A DNA stretch of 53,334 nt from Candidatus Velthaea sp. (GTDB taxonomy: Bacteria > Vulcanimicrobiota > Vulcanimicrobiia > Vulcanimicrobiales > Vulcanimicrobiaceae). Position 1 is the stretch's first letter. Every line of letters starts with the position of its first letter. The stretch is taken from the NCBI GenBank assembly GCA_050012475.1, contig JBEKHC010000026.1:1-53334 (forward strand). The letters are read 5' to 3'. This document shows, one piece after another, positions 8,290 through 20,175 of the stretch. Both the position numbers and the translations under genes were made by a program. The notes beneath the pieces are model-generated. The model was not told where the DNA came from, ran no database searches, and saw only the letters and a list, made by a program, of their open reading frames with translations.

Positions 8290-9936
8290 CTAACGCAAAC
8301 CGTCGTATGTCCGCCGCGCGAACCATTGCAGGATGACCTGGCGCCGGCGCTCGAGTTCGGCGGCGGTGGCGGTGGCGACCGGACCGCCGCAGCGCGCGTT
8401 GAGCGTGGCGTGAACCAGTTTGTGATCGACCCCGAAGGTCGAACTGACGTGCGCGACGAGTCCGTGGATCGCCCGGCGCAGCGTCTCCTTGCCTTCCGCC
8501 TGGGTTAGCTCGACAGCAGCGCGCGGCGCACGCACGGCAGGCGCGGGCGGTTTCTCACGCGCGGGCGGCGCGCCGGTCCCGGCGAGAAATGCCGCCGGGT
8601 TGAACAGCGGGCCAAAGTCGAGCGTCCGGCCTTCATTCGCTTCGGCTGCGATCGAAGCGTATTGGCCTTCACCGGGCTCGCTGCTCACGCGCGCGGCCCG
8701 GGCAAAGTCGTCGGCCGCGGTCGCCGCCTCGCGGTCGCGGACGGCATTGCGGACGTCGACGGTGATCCGGCTCGCGAGCGCCCGAATGCGCGCGTCGTCA
8801 GCGCCGAACACGTAGGCTTCACGTTCGCCGGCCGCCGCGCCGGTGGTCCGCACGAAACGGCCGCAAAATTGACGAAAGTACATTTCGGTCACCACGTTGG
8901 TGGCGAAAACGCCGACGCGCAGCCGGGGAATGTCGACGCCTTCGGAGACCATGTGTACCGCCACGATCCAGGGTTCGCGCGAGCCACCGAACGCCGTGAT
9001 CCGCCGCGAGGCGTCGTCGAGATCCGACACGACGATGGCGGGCTTGACCCCTAGCCGGCGCTGCATCAGCGTGGCGATGAAATGGGCGTGCTCCTGATTC
9101 ATCGCCACGACGAGTCCGCCCGCATCGCGTTGGCCCGCGGCGCGCAGTGCCAGCAGCTGCAGATGAGCTTTTTGCAAGACCGTACCCAGCCAATTTGGCT
9201 GAGTTAGCGCGGTGCGCAGCCGTTCGCTCTCGTGCCGCCGCACCAGTCCCGTGTCGAACGAGGCCTGCATCGCTTCGCCGTCGCGGCTGGTCCACTCGGC
9301 ATCGCCGCCATGAAGCGGGAACACCAGCGCCCGGCAGACGCCGTCGCGCAACGCGGCGGCGTAGTCATAGGAGAAATCCGCCACCGATAGGCCGCCCTCA
9401 TAGCGCACGAACGGGATCGCGGTGCCGTCCGAGCGGAACGGGGTACCGGACAACGCGATCCGGTGCAGTGCCCGGCCAAAGCCCTGCCGTAACGCGTTGC
9501 CCCACGTCGCTTGATCGCCGGCATGGTGGATCTCGTCCAGGACGACCGCGGCCCCGCGCGGCGCCCGGCCGATGAGCCGAGCGTAAAGCAGCGGCGCTGC
9601 CGCGACTTGCTGATAGGTGACCACCGCCCCGTGGGTATCGCCGGCAAGGGCCCCCACTGCGTTGCGAAACTGATGGTCGAGCACGATCCCCGCTTCGGCC
9701 ATCGCCCGCGCGACCTGCAGCTTGAGGTGTTCGCGCGGAACCACCACAAACACCACACTGGCCGTTCGATCGGCAAGCAGCGCGTGGGCGAGCCTGGCCG
9801 CGAACCGGGTTTTCCCCGCGCCGGGCGTCGCAACGATCAGAGCGTCGGCCGAACGTTCGGCATCCCAAGCCGCAAAAGCAGCGTGCTGCCAGGTCCGCAG
9901 CGGAAGATTCCAGGGTGGGGGCGGAGGTCCGGGCAC
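8290..9936 (-). CDS. SF2 DEAD/DEAH-box helicase-like protein
   Basis: LRTWQ Q-motif, ATPGAGKT Walker A, DEIHH, LSGTPFRSD, MVSEGVDIP, FRQFCGRFVR. Confidence 0.92.
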   Translation of the reverse strand: MPGPPPPPWNLPLRTWQHAAFAAWDAERSADALIVATPGAGKTRFAARLAHALLADRTASVVFVVVPREHLKLQVARAMAEAGIVLDHQFRNAVGALAGDTHGAVVTYQQVAAAPLLYARLIGRAPRGAAVVLDEIHHAGDQATWGNALRQGFGRALHRIALSGTPFRSDGTAIPFVRYEGGLSVADFSYDYAAALRDGVCRALVFPLHGGDAEWTSRDGEAMQASFDTGLVRRHESERLRTALTQPNWLGTVLQKAHLQLLALRAAGQRDAGGLVVAMNQEHAHFIATLMQRRLGVKPAIVVSDLDDASRRITAFGGSREPWIVAVHMVSEGVDIPRLRVGVFATNVVTEMYFRQFCGRFVRTTGAAAGEREAYVFGADDARIRALASRITVDVRNAVRDREAATAADDFARAARVSSEPGEGQYASIAAEANEGRTLDFGPLFNPAAFLAGTGAPPAREKPPAPAVRAPRAAVELTQAEGKETLRRAIHGLVAHVSSTFGVDHKLVHATLNARCGGPVATATAAELERRRQVILQWFARRTYDGLR

Positions 9937-9982
9937 AGCGCCCCTCCGTTCTTCAGTCCGCTCCGCACACCCCCGAAAGTGC

Positions 9983-10014
9983 TTGCCAGCCGGGTTTGCT
10001 TTGTGTTACAAAGC
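9983..10014 (+). promoter_or_regulatory. sigma70-like promoter overlapped by a palindromic operator
   Basis: TTGCCA (9983-9988) and TGnTACAAA (10004-10012); perfect inverted repeat GCTTTGT-gtt-ACAAAGC (9998-10014). Confidence 0.7.
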
Positions 10015-10019
10015 CAAAG

Positions 10020-10631
10020 ATGGAAGTCTCGCAGGCGCTGGCCGATCTCGCGGAAGTTCGCAGCCGGCTCGTCGCGGTTCAGCGCTTTCGCGGCTGGTCC
10101 GGCGGCGCGGCGATCGCCAGCGGGAGCGCGGCCCTGGCCGTGGGCGCGTACCAATTTTTCGCGCTTCCCTACCCAAGCTCGGACGTCGATGCAGCCCGCT
10201 ACGTCCAGGTCTGGATCGCGTGCCTGATTTTCGCGCTGGTCATCAACTACGGCGCGATCCTGGTCTGGGTCGCGCGCAACTGGTCGCTGCGAGCGCGATG
10301 CGAAATGCGCACGGTGGGGATGACGATCGCACCGGCGATCGCGACCGGCGGCGTGCTGACGGCGGCGCTGCTGAACCGGCATCTCGACGGGTTGCTGCCC
10401 GGCGTGTGGTGCGTCTGCTACGCGATGGGACTGATCGCATCGCGCGCGATGGTGCCGCGCGGCGTGTTGGCCGTCGCCGCGCTGTTCGGCGCCGCGGGAA
10501 CGGCCTTGCTCTTCGCCCAGGACGTCAGTGCGTTGCGCTGGTGGGTCATGCCGGCCACGTTCGGCATCGGTCAGCTTTCGATCGGCGCCCTGGTGCTCTC
10601 CGACGATCTGCGGCATCAACATGAACGCTAA
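10020..10631 (+). CDS. multi-pass membrane protein
   Basis: Starts MEVSQALADLAEVRSRL followed by about 6 hydrophobic helices; overlaps the downstream HTH gene. Confidence 0.85.
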   Translation: MEVSQALADLAEVRSRLVAVQRFRGWSGGAAIASGSAALAVGAYQFFALPYPSSDVDAARYVQVWIACLIFALVINYGAILVWVARNWSLRARCEMRTVGMTIAPAIATGGVLTAALLNRHLDGLLPGVWCVCYAMGLIASRAMVPRGVLAVAALFGAAGTALLFAQDVSALRWWVMPATFGIGQLSIGALVLSDDLRHQHER

Positions 10632-10995
10632 CGAGGCACCCTTCGCTTACTCCGGGCTGGAACGAATCTTTCACGAACGCGGCCGGCTGGCCGTCTGCAC
10701 GTGTCTGGTCGCCAACGTCGGCGGCATGCGCTTTACCGATCTGCAAGACGCCTGCGGGCTCACCGACGGGAATCTCAACCGCCATCTCCACGCGTTAGCC
10801 GAGGTGGGCATCGTCAGCCTCGAGCGCTTGCGCGGCAACGGAAGGCCGGTGACGATCGTGCGGATCACCCCCATCGGCCGCACGCGCTTCCTGGCCTACA
10901 TCGACGAACTCGAGACGGTCGTACGAGCCGTTCACGATCGCGCGCACCGCACGCACGACGACGGCCCTGCCGCCAACTGGCTGCCGCAGTTATGA
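10621..10995 (+). CDS. winged-helix transcriptional regulator (HTH_34/ArsR-like)
   Basis: IFHERGRLAV...FTDLQDACGLTDGNLNRHLHALAEVGIV...ITPIGRTRFLAYIDELE. Confidence 0.92.
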   Translation: MNANEAPFAYSGLERIFHERGRLAVCTCLVANVGGMRFTDLQDACGLTDGNLNRHLHALAEVGIVSLERLRGNGRPVTIVRITPIGRTRFLAYIDELETVVRAVHDRAHRTHDDGPAANWLPQL

Positions 10996-11717
10996 TCAAT
11001 CAACTCGTCGCTCCGCTTTCGGCGACCGCCCCGCGCCACGTCGCGATCATCATGGACGGGAATCGGCGCTGGGCCAGCGCGCATGGCTTGCCGGCCATCG
11101 AGGGTCATCGGCGCGGCGTGCGCGCCTTACAGCGTACGGTCGCGGCGGCGGCCCGCGCCGGAGTCGACGTGTTGACCGTGTACGCGTTCTCCGAGGAGAA
11201 CTGGGCCCGGCCAACCGACGAGATCGCCCTGCTGATGGAATTAGGCCGGATCTTCGTCCGGCGCGAGACCGAAGCGCTCATGCGCGGCAACGTGCGGGTG
11301 CGGATCATCGGCAAGCGCGACCGTTTGCCCGCCGCGCTGCGCGAAGCGCTGGCCCAACTCGAGGACCGCACGCGCGCGGGTTCGGGCATGGTCTTGAACT
11401 TGGCGATCGACTACAGCGCACGAACCGAATTGTGCGATGCGATCCGGGCGCTGGCGCGCGAGGTCGCGGCCGGACAGCTCGAGCCCGAGGCCATCGACGA
11501 CGAAGCGATCGCCGGAAAGCTGACGACGGCGGGGATGCCGGACCCCGATCTGCTGATTCGAACGGGCGGCGAACTGCGCCTTTCGAACTTTTTACTTTAC
11601 CAGTGCGCGTACACCGAGCTTTGGTCGACGCTCACGCCGTGGCCCGAGTTCGACGGCCGCGCGTTCGACGCGGCACTCGCCGCATTTGCCGGCCGGCAGC
11701 GGCGCTTCGGCCGCTGA
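10992..11717 (+). CDS. uppS: cis-prenyltransferase / undecaprenyl diphosphate synthase
   Basis: PRHVAIIMDGNRRWA, YAFSEENWARP, DPDLLIRTGGELRLSNFLLYQCAY; ATGA-coupled. Confidence 0.95.
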   Translation: MINQLVAPLSATAPRHVAIIMDGNRRWASAHGLPAIEGHRRGVRALQRTVAAAARAGVDVLTVYAFSEENWARPTDEIALLMELGRIFVRRETEALMRGNVRVRIIGKRDRLPAALREALAQLEDRTRAGSGMVLNLAIDYSARTELCDAIRALAREVAAGQLEPEAIDDEAIAGKLTTAGMPDPDLLIRTGGELRLSNFLLYQCAYTELWSTLTPWPEFDGRAFDAALAAFAGRQRRFGR

Positions 11718-11793
11718 GCGCGGCGGTTAAGCGATCTTAATCGCGGGGGCCGCGGTGGCGTTCCCTCCCTTTTTCTGTTATACTCCGTGGGTT

Positions 11794-13620
<1,827 letters not shown>

Positions 13621-13626
13621 CGCGAT

Positions 13627-16338
13627 CTACCAGGGCCCGGGGCGAAGGGAAAAGCGCTCCGGGTCGGCCGCGCGCACCCGCGGCGAGTCCACGACGCGAA
13701 TGGCGAACGGTTCGCGTGCGGCCGCACTCGCGACGTCGACGTGGTTCCAATCGATGTTCCGCGCCGGCACCGGATACGCGCACAGGAAGCCCTGCACGAT
13801 GTCGCAGCCGCACGCTTTGACCGCCGCGTACTGGTCGGCGTTTTCGACGCCCTCGGCAATCGTCGTCACGCCCAGACCGTTGCTGAGCGCAACGATGGCC
13901 GACAGGATCTGCGCGCCGCGGCCGCTCTCGACATTGCCGATATCACGCACGAACGAGCGGTCGATTTTGAGCGCATCGAACTCGAATTGCTGTAAATAGG
14001 CCAAGCTCGAATAGCCGGTTCCGAAATCGTCGATCACGATCCGAACGCCGAGCGCCCGGAACTGAGCGAGAATCACCGCCGACGCGGCTGGATTGCGCAT
14101 GATGAGCGACTCGGTCAACTCCAAATGGAGCCGGTGCGGCTCGAGCCCGTGACGGGCGAGCGTGTCGACGACGCTCACCAGCAGCCCGGGCTCGTCGAAT
14201 TGCAGCGCCGACACGTTGACGGTGACGAAAGCGTCGCGTCCGGCGTCTTGCCAGCCGCGCGCCACGCGGGCCGCTTCGTCGATCACCCACTTGCCGATCG
14301 GGACGATCATCCCGTTCGCCTCGGCCAGCGGGATGAAATCGCCGGGCGGAATCAGGCCGAATTGCGGATGATGCCAGCGCAGCAGCGCTTCGGCACCGAC
14401 CGGACGCCCATCGGACAAATCGAACATCACTTGATAGTGCAGTTCGAGTTCGTCGCGCTCGAGCGCCCGCCGCAAATCGTTGTCGAAGTCGAGCTTCTTG
14501 AGCGCGCTGCCGGGAACCGCTGCGGTTGCGCGTTCGAGACCGCCGCCGCGCACTTTGGCCATGTACATCGCCCGGTCGGCCGCGATCAGCAAGTCGAGCA
14601 GTGCGGGCGAGGTGTCGCAGAAAAACGCCAGCCCGAGGCTCGGCCGAACGAAGATCTCACGCCCGGCGGCGGCAAACGGCGCCTCGAATTGCGCCAGCAG
14701 CCGATTCGCTGCCGCCACGCCGTCGTTCTGATTCGCCAAGGCGGGAAACATCACCAAGAACTCGTCGCCGGCCATGCGCGCGATGCAGTCGCCGTCGCGC
14801 AGCGCGGCCGCCAGCCGGGCCGCAACGCTGCGCAAGAGCTCGTCGCCTACATGATGGCCGTACGCGTCGTTGATGGCCTTAAACCGATCGATGTCCAGAA
14901 TGCCGATGCCAATTTCATCGTTGACCGCTGCGGCGCGCGCAGCCGCCGCCGCGAAACGGACCTCGAACAGCTTGCGATTGGGCAATTCGGTCAAGGCATC
15001 GTAGAGCACCATGCGCTCCAAGCGCTCGCGCGCCCGGTGGCGCTCGACGACGAGCGACGCAAAACGGGTCGTCTGCTCGAACACCTGCAGCTCATCGGGC
15101 GTCGGACCCGTCGAGCGATCCGTATACAGCGCAAACGCTCCGATGACGTCCCCGTGGGTTCCGAAGAGCGGCATCGACCAGCACCCATGCAAACCCGCAG
15201 CCATCGCCAGGTCGCGGTACGCGAGCCAGCGCGGATCGCTGGCGATATCGGCGCAGATGACGAGCGCGCGTTCGTGCACCGCGGTCCCGCACGAACCGGC
15301 CTGCGGACCGATGTGGACGCGATCGATCGCGGCAAGATAGTGTGCGGGCAGCCTCGGATCCGCGGCGCCGCGCACCAGCACGCTGCCTTCGACGAACATC
15401 AGCGTCGCGCGGCTGCCGGGGATGACGTCCTTGAGCAACATCACGATCCTGCTCAGCTGCAGCTCGAGCGGCTCGTTGCAGATCGCCATCTCGAGCACGA
15501 CGCCGCGATCGCTGTCGTATTTCTCGAGCGCGCGACGCTGCGTCACGTCGCGCATGATCCCGACGAAGTAGAGACACCGGCCGCTCTCATCGGAGATCGG
15601 CGAAAGGCTGATTTCCGCGCGAAACTCGGTTCCGTCTTTGCGATAGTTCCACAGCTCGACGACGACGGGTTCATGCAGTTGCAGCGCGGCGTTGATCCGT
15701 CCGAGCTCGGCGCGATCGGTATGCGGCCCCTGCAGCATCTGCGGCGTGTTGCCGATGGCTTCGGCCACCGGGTACCCCGTCATGCGCGTGAATGCCGCGT
15801 TGACGAAGATGATCCGCGAGCTGTTGACCTCGTCGGGTGACGCATCGGCGACGATCACGGCATCGGTCGAGTTGACGACCACCGATTCGAGCATCGCGAG
15901 GCGGCTTTCCGTCGCTATCCGCGCGCCGACATCTTCGACGATGCTGATGCCGTGGTACTGGCCGTCCGCGCTGACCCCGCGGGTCACGGTGATCGCAACT
16001 TGCATCTGCCGTCGATCCTTCGCCGCAACGGTGCAGAGCCGCGTGCTGTCGCCCGAACCGGCCAACGCCCGCAAACAGTCACGTTCGTACCGCTCGGCGT
16101 CGGCCGGCAAAACAAACGGCGGAAACGCGTCGAGTACCTCGTGGGCGGCCCAGCCAAACGCTGCTTGCGCGGCGCTGCTCCAGCTGCGAATGCGCGCCTG
16201 CGCGTCCCAGGTGAACGCGATCACGGCCGCGGCCGTCCGGCTCGCATCGGTGTCCGGGCCGGCAGCTGCGCCGCCGGCGCCGCTTTCGGTCAAGTCCACC
16301 GGGAGCTTCGCACACTCGGCCGCAGGCCCAAGGGGCAC
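13627..16338 (-). CDS. PAS-PAS-GAF-GGDEF-EAL c-di-GMP enzyme
   Basis: PAS (VNAAFTRMTGY...NYRKDG), GAF (GSCGTA), AGDEF, EALLRW, DDFGTGYSSL, AEGVE. Confidence 0.95.
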   Translation of the reverse strand: MPLGPAAECAKLPVDLTESGAGGAAAGPDTDASRTAAAVIAFTWDAQARIRSWSSAAQAAFGWAAHEVLDAFPPFVLPADAERYERDCLRALAGSGDSTRLCTVAAKDRRQMQVAITVTRGVSADGQYHGISIVEDVGARIATESRLAMLESVVVNSTDAVIVADASPDEVNSSRIIFVNAAFTRMTGYPVAEAIGNTPQMLQGPHTDRAELGRINAALQLHEPVVVELWNYRKDGTEFRAEISLSPISDESGRCLYFVGIMRDVTQRRALEKYDSDRGVVLEMAICNEPLELQLSRIVMLLKDVIPGSRATLMFVEGSVLVRGAADPRLPAHYLAAIDRVHIGPQAGSCGTAVHERALVICADIASDPRWLAYRDLAMAAGLHGCWSMPLFGTHGDVIGAFALYTDRSTGPTPDELQVFEQTTRFASLVVERHRARERLERMVLYDALTELPNRKLFEVRFAAAAARAAAVNDEIGIGILDIDRFKAINDAYGHHVGDELLRSVAARLAAALRDGDCIARMAGDEFLVMFPALANQNDGVAAANRLLAQFEAPFAAAGREIFVRPSLGLAFFCDTSPALLDLLIAADRAMYMAKVRGGGLERATAAVPGSALKKLDFDNDLRRALERDELELHYQVMFDLSDGRPVGAEALLRWHHPQFGLIPPGDFIPLAEANGMIVPIGKWVIDEAARVARGWQDAGRDAFVTVNVSALQFDEPGLLVSVVDTLARHGLEPHRLHLELTESLIMRNPAASAVILAQFRALGVRIVIDDFGTGYSSLAYLQQFEFDALKIDRSFVRDIGNVESGRGAQILSAIVALSNGLGVTTIAEGVENADQYAAVKACGCDIVQGFLCAYPVPARNIDWNHVDVASAAAREPFAIRVVDSPRVRAADPERFSLRPGPW

Positions 16339-16426
16339 GACTCAGCTAGGCATGCCGCCGAACCGGGTCGGACATCGTGAGCGATCGAAGATCGGACCCC
16401 CGCAATCTGTGCCATCAACACCGATA

Positions 16427-16453
16427 TCATCGGCAAAAACGGTCCGTTCTATG
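16427..16453 (-). promoter_or_regulatory. candidate sigma28-type promoter
   Basis: Minus strand CATA-N15-GCCGATGA versus consensus TAAA-N15-GCCGATAA. Confidence 0.45.
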
Positions 16454-16546
16454 ACCATTCCCCCGCTGAACACCGGGAGCGGACCAACCTGCCGCCCGAG
16501 GGGCCCCAGTCGAGCGACCGGTCGCGCCGGTCGCGCCCCAGAGCCG

Positions 16547-17053
16547 CTACGCGAATTGCGAGACGGGGATGAACTCCGCCGCCGGCGCAACCGTCTTTTC
16601 CGGTGCGACGACGTTGCCAAGGTACGCCCCAAAGCGATCGATCAGATCCGAGGCACTGGCTTGCGCGATGTGCTTGCCCAGAACCGCGTCGAATACTTCG
16701 CCGGCGACGCCCAAAGGCGGATGATAGTGTCCGTCGAGCGTTACAGTCGATTGATCCTGACTCGTTTCGCTCGCCGCGATAAAGATCGTTCCGCTCAGCG
16801 ACGGGAACGGGCCCGGTTCGACGGGCTGCCACGCGACAGCGTAGGCGCAGCCGCCTTGCGCGAGCGGAGTGATTCGCGCGGTAACATCCCGATGTAGCGT
16901 GAACCCAACGTTCAAAGCGGTCAGATCGAACGGTGCGCGCAACGTGAAATTCATTTCTGTTTCGGGCGCATACTCGCGAAGGAATTGTTCAAAGCGAATT
17001 GCCGCTTCGTCAACCTTTCGATCGACCGTTACCGACACATTGATATGGTTCAT
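16547..17053 (-). CDS. hypothetical protein, possibly START/SRPBCC-like fold
   Basis: 168-aa ORF with an AGGA SD; pattern W-x-P...GPFP...LDGHYHPPLG..G..FD. Confidence 0.75.
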   Translation of the reverse strand: MNHINVSVTVDRKVDEAAIRFEQFLREYAPETEMNFTLRAPFDLTALNVGFTLHRDVTARITPLAQGGCAYAVAWQPVEPGPFPSLSGTIFIAASETSQDQSTVTLDGHYHPPLGVAGEVFDAVLGKHIAQASASDLIDRFGAYLGNVVAPEKTVAPAAEFIPVSQFA

Positions 17054-17279
17054 TGAGGTCCTACTTTCTGAACTAACTCTATATCATTGATAACGTAGGC
17101 GCTGCTAATGTTGTCGCATGTTGCGTTAAAATTAAGTGCTTTACTTTTATGCATGTTGTTCAGGTTAAACACGAACAACAATCCACCGTCAACGCGTAGC
17201 GCAGATCGAGTTTTCTGCCGTCATTAACTACTTCAATGAAGACTTAACCGCTTTGTATCGCCGGCGTTAACCGGTGGTT

Positions 17280-17313
17280 AAAAAAAAGAACGGCACGTTA
17301 TTCCGTGCCGTTC
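17280..17313 (-). terminator. intrinsic terminator of glgC-glgA
   Basis: Perfect 10-bp stem gaacggcacg/cgtgccgttc followed by a T8 tract on the minus strand, just after the glgA stop. Confidence 0.9.
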
Positions 17314-17335
17314 GACGAGCGAGTGTTTCGGGATG

Positions 17336-18787
17336 CTAACGCGAGCCGAGCATCTCGCGATACAGCAACGCGTATTGACTTCCGGAGCGGCTCCACGAGA
17401 CGTCCGTTGCCATCCCGTTCTGCTGCATGCGCTGCCAAACTTTGGGCCGGGCGAACAACGCTGCGGCGCGCGTGATGGCCAAATCGAGTCCTTCGCGATC
17501 GGGCGGCGCGAACTGCACGCCGGTCGCGACGCCCGCAACGATTGCCATCTCGTTGGCGTCGATCACCGTATCCGCCAAACCGCCGACGCGCGAGACGACC
17601 GGAATCGCACCATAGCGCAACGCGCACAGTTGGGTCAATCCGCACGGTTCGAAGCGGGAGGGCACGAGAACGACGCCGGCGCCTGCTTGCACGAGGTGCG
17701 CGACGGGTTCATCGTAGCCGATGTAGACGCCGATGCGGCCCGGATGCGCCGCGACCGCTGCCGTCAAACCGGCTTCCAATCCCGCATCGCCCGCGCCGAG
17801 CACGACGAACTGCACGCCGCGCCGGATCATCGCCGGGAGAGCCTCGAGCAGCAAATCGAGTCCCTTTTGCCACGAAAGGCGACTGACGATTCCGACCAGC
17901 AGGGTCGCCGGTTCGTCGTCGAGCGCAAAGCGCTTGCGCAAAGCGGCGGTATTGCGGACGCGCGCCGCCAGCCGTTCGTTGTCGTAGTTCGCGTTGATGA
18001 GCGGATCGCGCGCGGGATCCCACACGTCGTCGTCGATGCCGTTGAGAATCCCCGAGAACCGGCTGCCGCGCGCGCGCAGCAAGCCGTCAAAACCCATGCC
18101 CCGTTCGGGCGTCGTGATCTCCAGCGCGTAGGTGGGCGACACCGTCGTCACGCGGTCGGCAAATTGCAAGCCGGCTTTGAGAAAACTGATGTCGCCGTAA
18201 TATTCGATGCCGTCGATGGCGTAGGCGTGGGGCGGAAAGCCCAACACCGGGAGCAGAGCGCGCGCAAAGCGTCCCGCAAAGGCCAGATTGTGGACCGTCA
18301 TGATCGTCGCGATTTCCGGTCGGCCCCAATAGTGCAAGTACGCCGGAACCAGGCCGGCTTGCCAATCGTGCACGTGCACGATATCCGGCTGGAACCGGTC
18401 GACTGCACCGGAGCCGATTTGAGCACCGACCCGCGAGAGGGCGCCGAAGCGAAAGGCGTTGTCGGGCCAATCCTTGTTGTCGGGCCCGGTGTACGGACCG
18501 CCGAGGCGATCGTACAAGTGGGGCGCATCGAGGACGAAAAGATCGAGACCGGCGGCGCTGCCCGCCAGCACGCGCGCCGGGCCGCCGAAGCAGTCGTCGA
18601 GCTCGAGCACGGTTTCGGCGTCGGGCACCGCGTCGAGCACGGCACGATAGCCCGGCACGAGGGTCGAGACATCGATGCGTTCGCGCGCGAGCGCGCCCGG
18701 CAAGGCGCCGGTGACGTCGGCAAGCCCGCCCGTCTTGACGATCGGGTAGACTTCCGACGCTACCGACAGGACGCGTGTACGTGCCAC
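17336..18787 (-). CDS. glgA: glycogen synthase
   Basis: KTGGLADV, HVHDWQAG, TVHNLAFAG, PSRFEPCGLTQL, VGGLADTV. Confidence 0.98.
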   Translation of the reverse strand: MARTRVLSVASEVYPIVKTGGLADVTGALPGALARERIDVSTLVPGYRAVLDAVPDAETVLELDDCFGGPARVLAGSAAGLDLFVLDAPHLYDRLGGPYTGPDNKDWPDNAFRFGALSRVGAQIGSGAVDRFQPDIVHVHDWQAGLVPAYLHYWGRPEIATIMTVHNLAFAGRFARALLPVLGFPPHAYAIDGIEYYGDISFLKAGLQFADRVTTVSPTYALEITTPERGMGFDGLLRARGSRFSGILNGIDDDVWDPARDPLINANYDNERLAARVRNTAALRKRFALDDEPATLLVGIVSRLSWQKGLDLLLEALPAMIRRGVQFVVLGAGDAGLEAGLTAAVAAHPGRIGVYIGYDEPVAHLVQAGAGVVLVPSRFEPCGLTQLCALRYGAIPVVSRVGGLADTVIDANEMAIVAGVATGVQFAPPDREGLDLAITRAAALFARPKVWQRMQQNGMATDVSWSRSGSQYALLYREMLGSR

Positions 18788-18803
18788 TCGTGCCAGCCGT
18801 CCG

Positions 18804-20066
18804 CTACAGCGCGTCGATCATCGATTGCGTGATCAAGCAGATGCCGCGCTCGGACCGCCGAAAACGTTTCGCGTCGAGAACGGGATCCTCGCCGACAACC
18901 AGCCCTTCGGGGATGTCGACGCCGCGATCGATCACGACGTTGGTCAGCCGCACCGAACGATTGATCTGCACGTACGGCAAAACCACCGCTCCTTGCAAGA
19001 TGCCGTACGATCGCACTTTGACGCCGGTCGAAATGAGCGATTGGCGAATCTTCGATCCGGAAACCACGCAGCCGCCGGAGACCAGTGAGCTGATCGCTTC
19101 GCCGCGCCGTTTGTCCTCGTCGTGGATGAATTTAGCCGGCGGGGTGATCTCGCCGTACGTCCAGATCGGCCAATTCGTGTCGTACAGATCGAGTGCCGGA
19201 ACGAAGTCCGTCAGGTCGATGTTGGCCTCCCAGTAGGCGTCGATGGTACCGACGTCGCGCCAATAGGCTTCGGCGTCGGGGGCCGACCGGACACACGAAC
19301 GCTCGAAGCGATGCGCGACAGCGCTGCCGTGCTTGACCAGATACGGAATGATGTCTTTGCCGAAATCGTGATCGGACGCTTCATCGGCGGCATCGCGCCG
19401 CAATTCTTCGAACAGGAACTGAGTGCGAAAAACATAGATGCCCATGCTCGCAAACGCCATGTCGGGTTTGTCGGGCATGCCCGGCGGGTCGGCCGGTTTT
19501 TCCAAGAAACCGATGACGCGATCGTTGGCGTCGACGTGCACCACGCCGAATCCGCGCGCGTCGAGCCTCGGAACCTCGATGCAGCCGATCGTCACGTCCG
19601 CGTTTTGCTCGACGTGCTGCTGCAGCATCTGCTCGTAGTCCATCTTGTAGATGTGGTCGCCGGCGAGCAGCACGATGTATTCGGGATCGTAGCTGTTGAT
19701 GATGTCGATGTTCTGATACACCGCATCGGCAGTTCCCGCGTACCATTGTGTTTCCGAGACGCGCTGGCTGGCGGGCAAAATGTCGAAACTCTCGTTGCGT
19801 TCGGTGCGCAAGAAGTTCCAACCGCGCTGCAAGTGCCGGATCAGGCTGTGGGCCTTGTATTGCGTCGCTACCGCAATACGCCGAATCCCGGAATTGAGCG
19901 CGTTCGAAAGCGCAAAATCGATGATGCGTGATTTTCCGGCAAAATACACGGCGGGCTTGGCCCGTTTGTCCGTAAGCTCCATAAGCCGGGTCCCACGCCC
20001 GCCGGCTAAGACATATGCCATCGCGTGGCGACTTAGCGGGGCGGTCGAAATCGTCTGTAGCGGCAA
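18804..20066 (-). CDS. glgC: glucose-1-phosphate adenylyltransferase
   Basis: [56 protein letters not shown]. Confidence 0.98.
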   Translation of the reverse strand: MPLQTISTAPLSRHAMAYVLAGGRGTRLMELTDKRAKPAVYFAGKSRIIDFALSNALNSGIRRIAVATQYKAHSLIRHLQRGWNFLRTERNESFDILPASQRVSETQWYAGTADAVYQNIDIINSYDPEYIVLLAGDHIYKMDYEQMLQQHVEQNADVTIGCIEVPRLDARGFGVVHVDANDRVIGFLEKPADPPGMPDKPDMAFASMGIYVFRTQFLFEELRRDAADEASDHDFGKDIIPYLVKHGSAVAHRFERSCVRSAPDAEAYWRDVGTIDAYWEANIDLTDFVPALDLYDTNWPIWTYGEITPPAKFIHDEDKRRGEAISSLVSGGCVVSGSKIRQSLISTGVKVRSYGILQGAVVLPYVQINRSVRLTNVVIDRGVDIPEGLVVGEDPVLDAKRFRRSERGICLITQSMIDAL

Positions 20067-20175
20067 TGTCGCGACTCCGGTCGAAAAGTGAAAAAGGTGT
20101 CTGTTGCACCGTATTCCAACGCATCGGCCTTTACCTCGCAGGTGGCCCGCGGCAGGCAGGATCCGGCTGCCGCCG

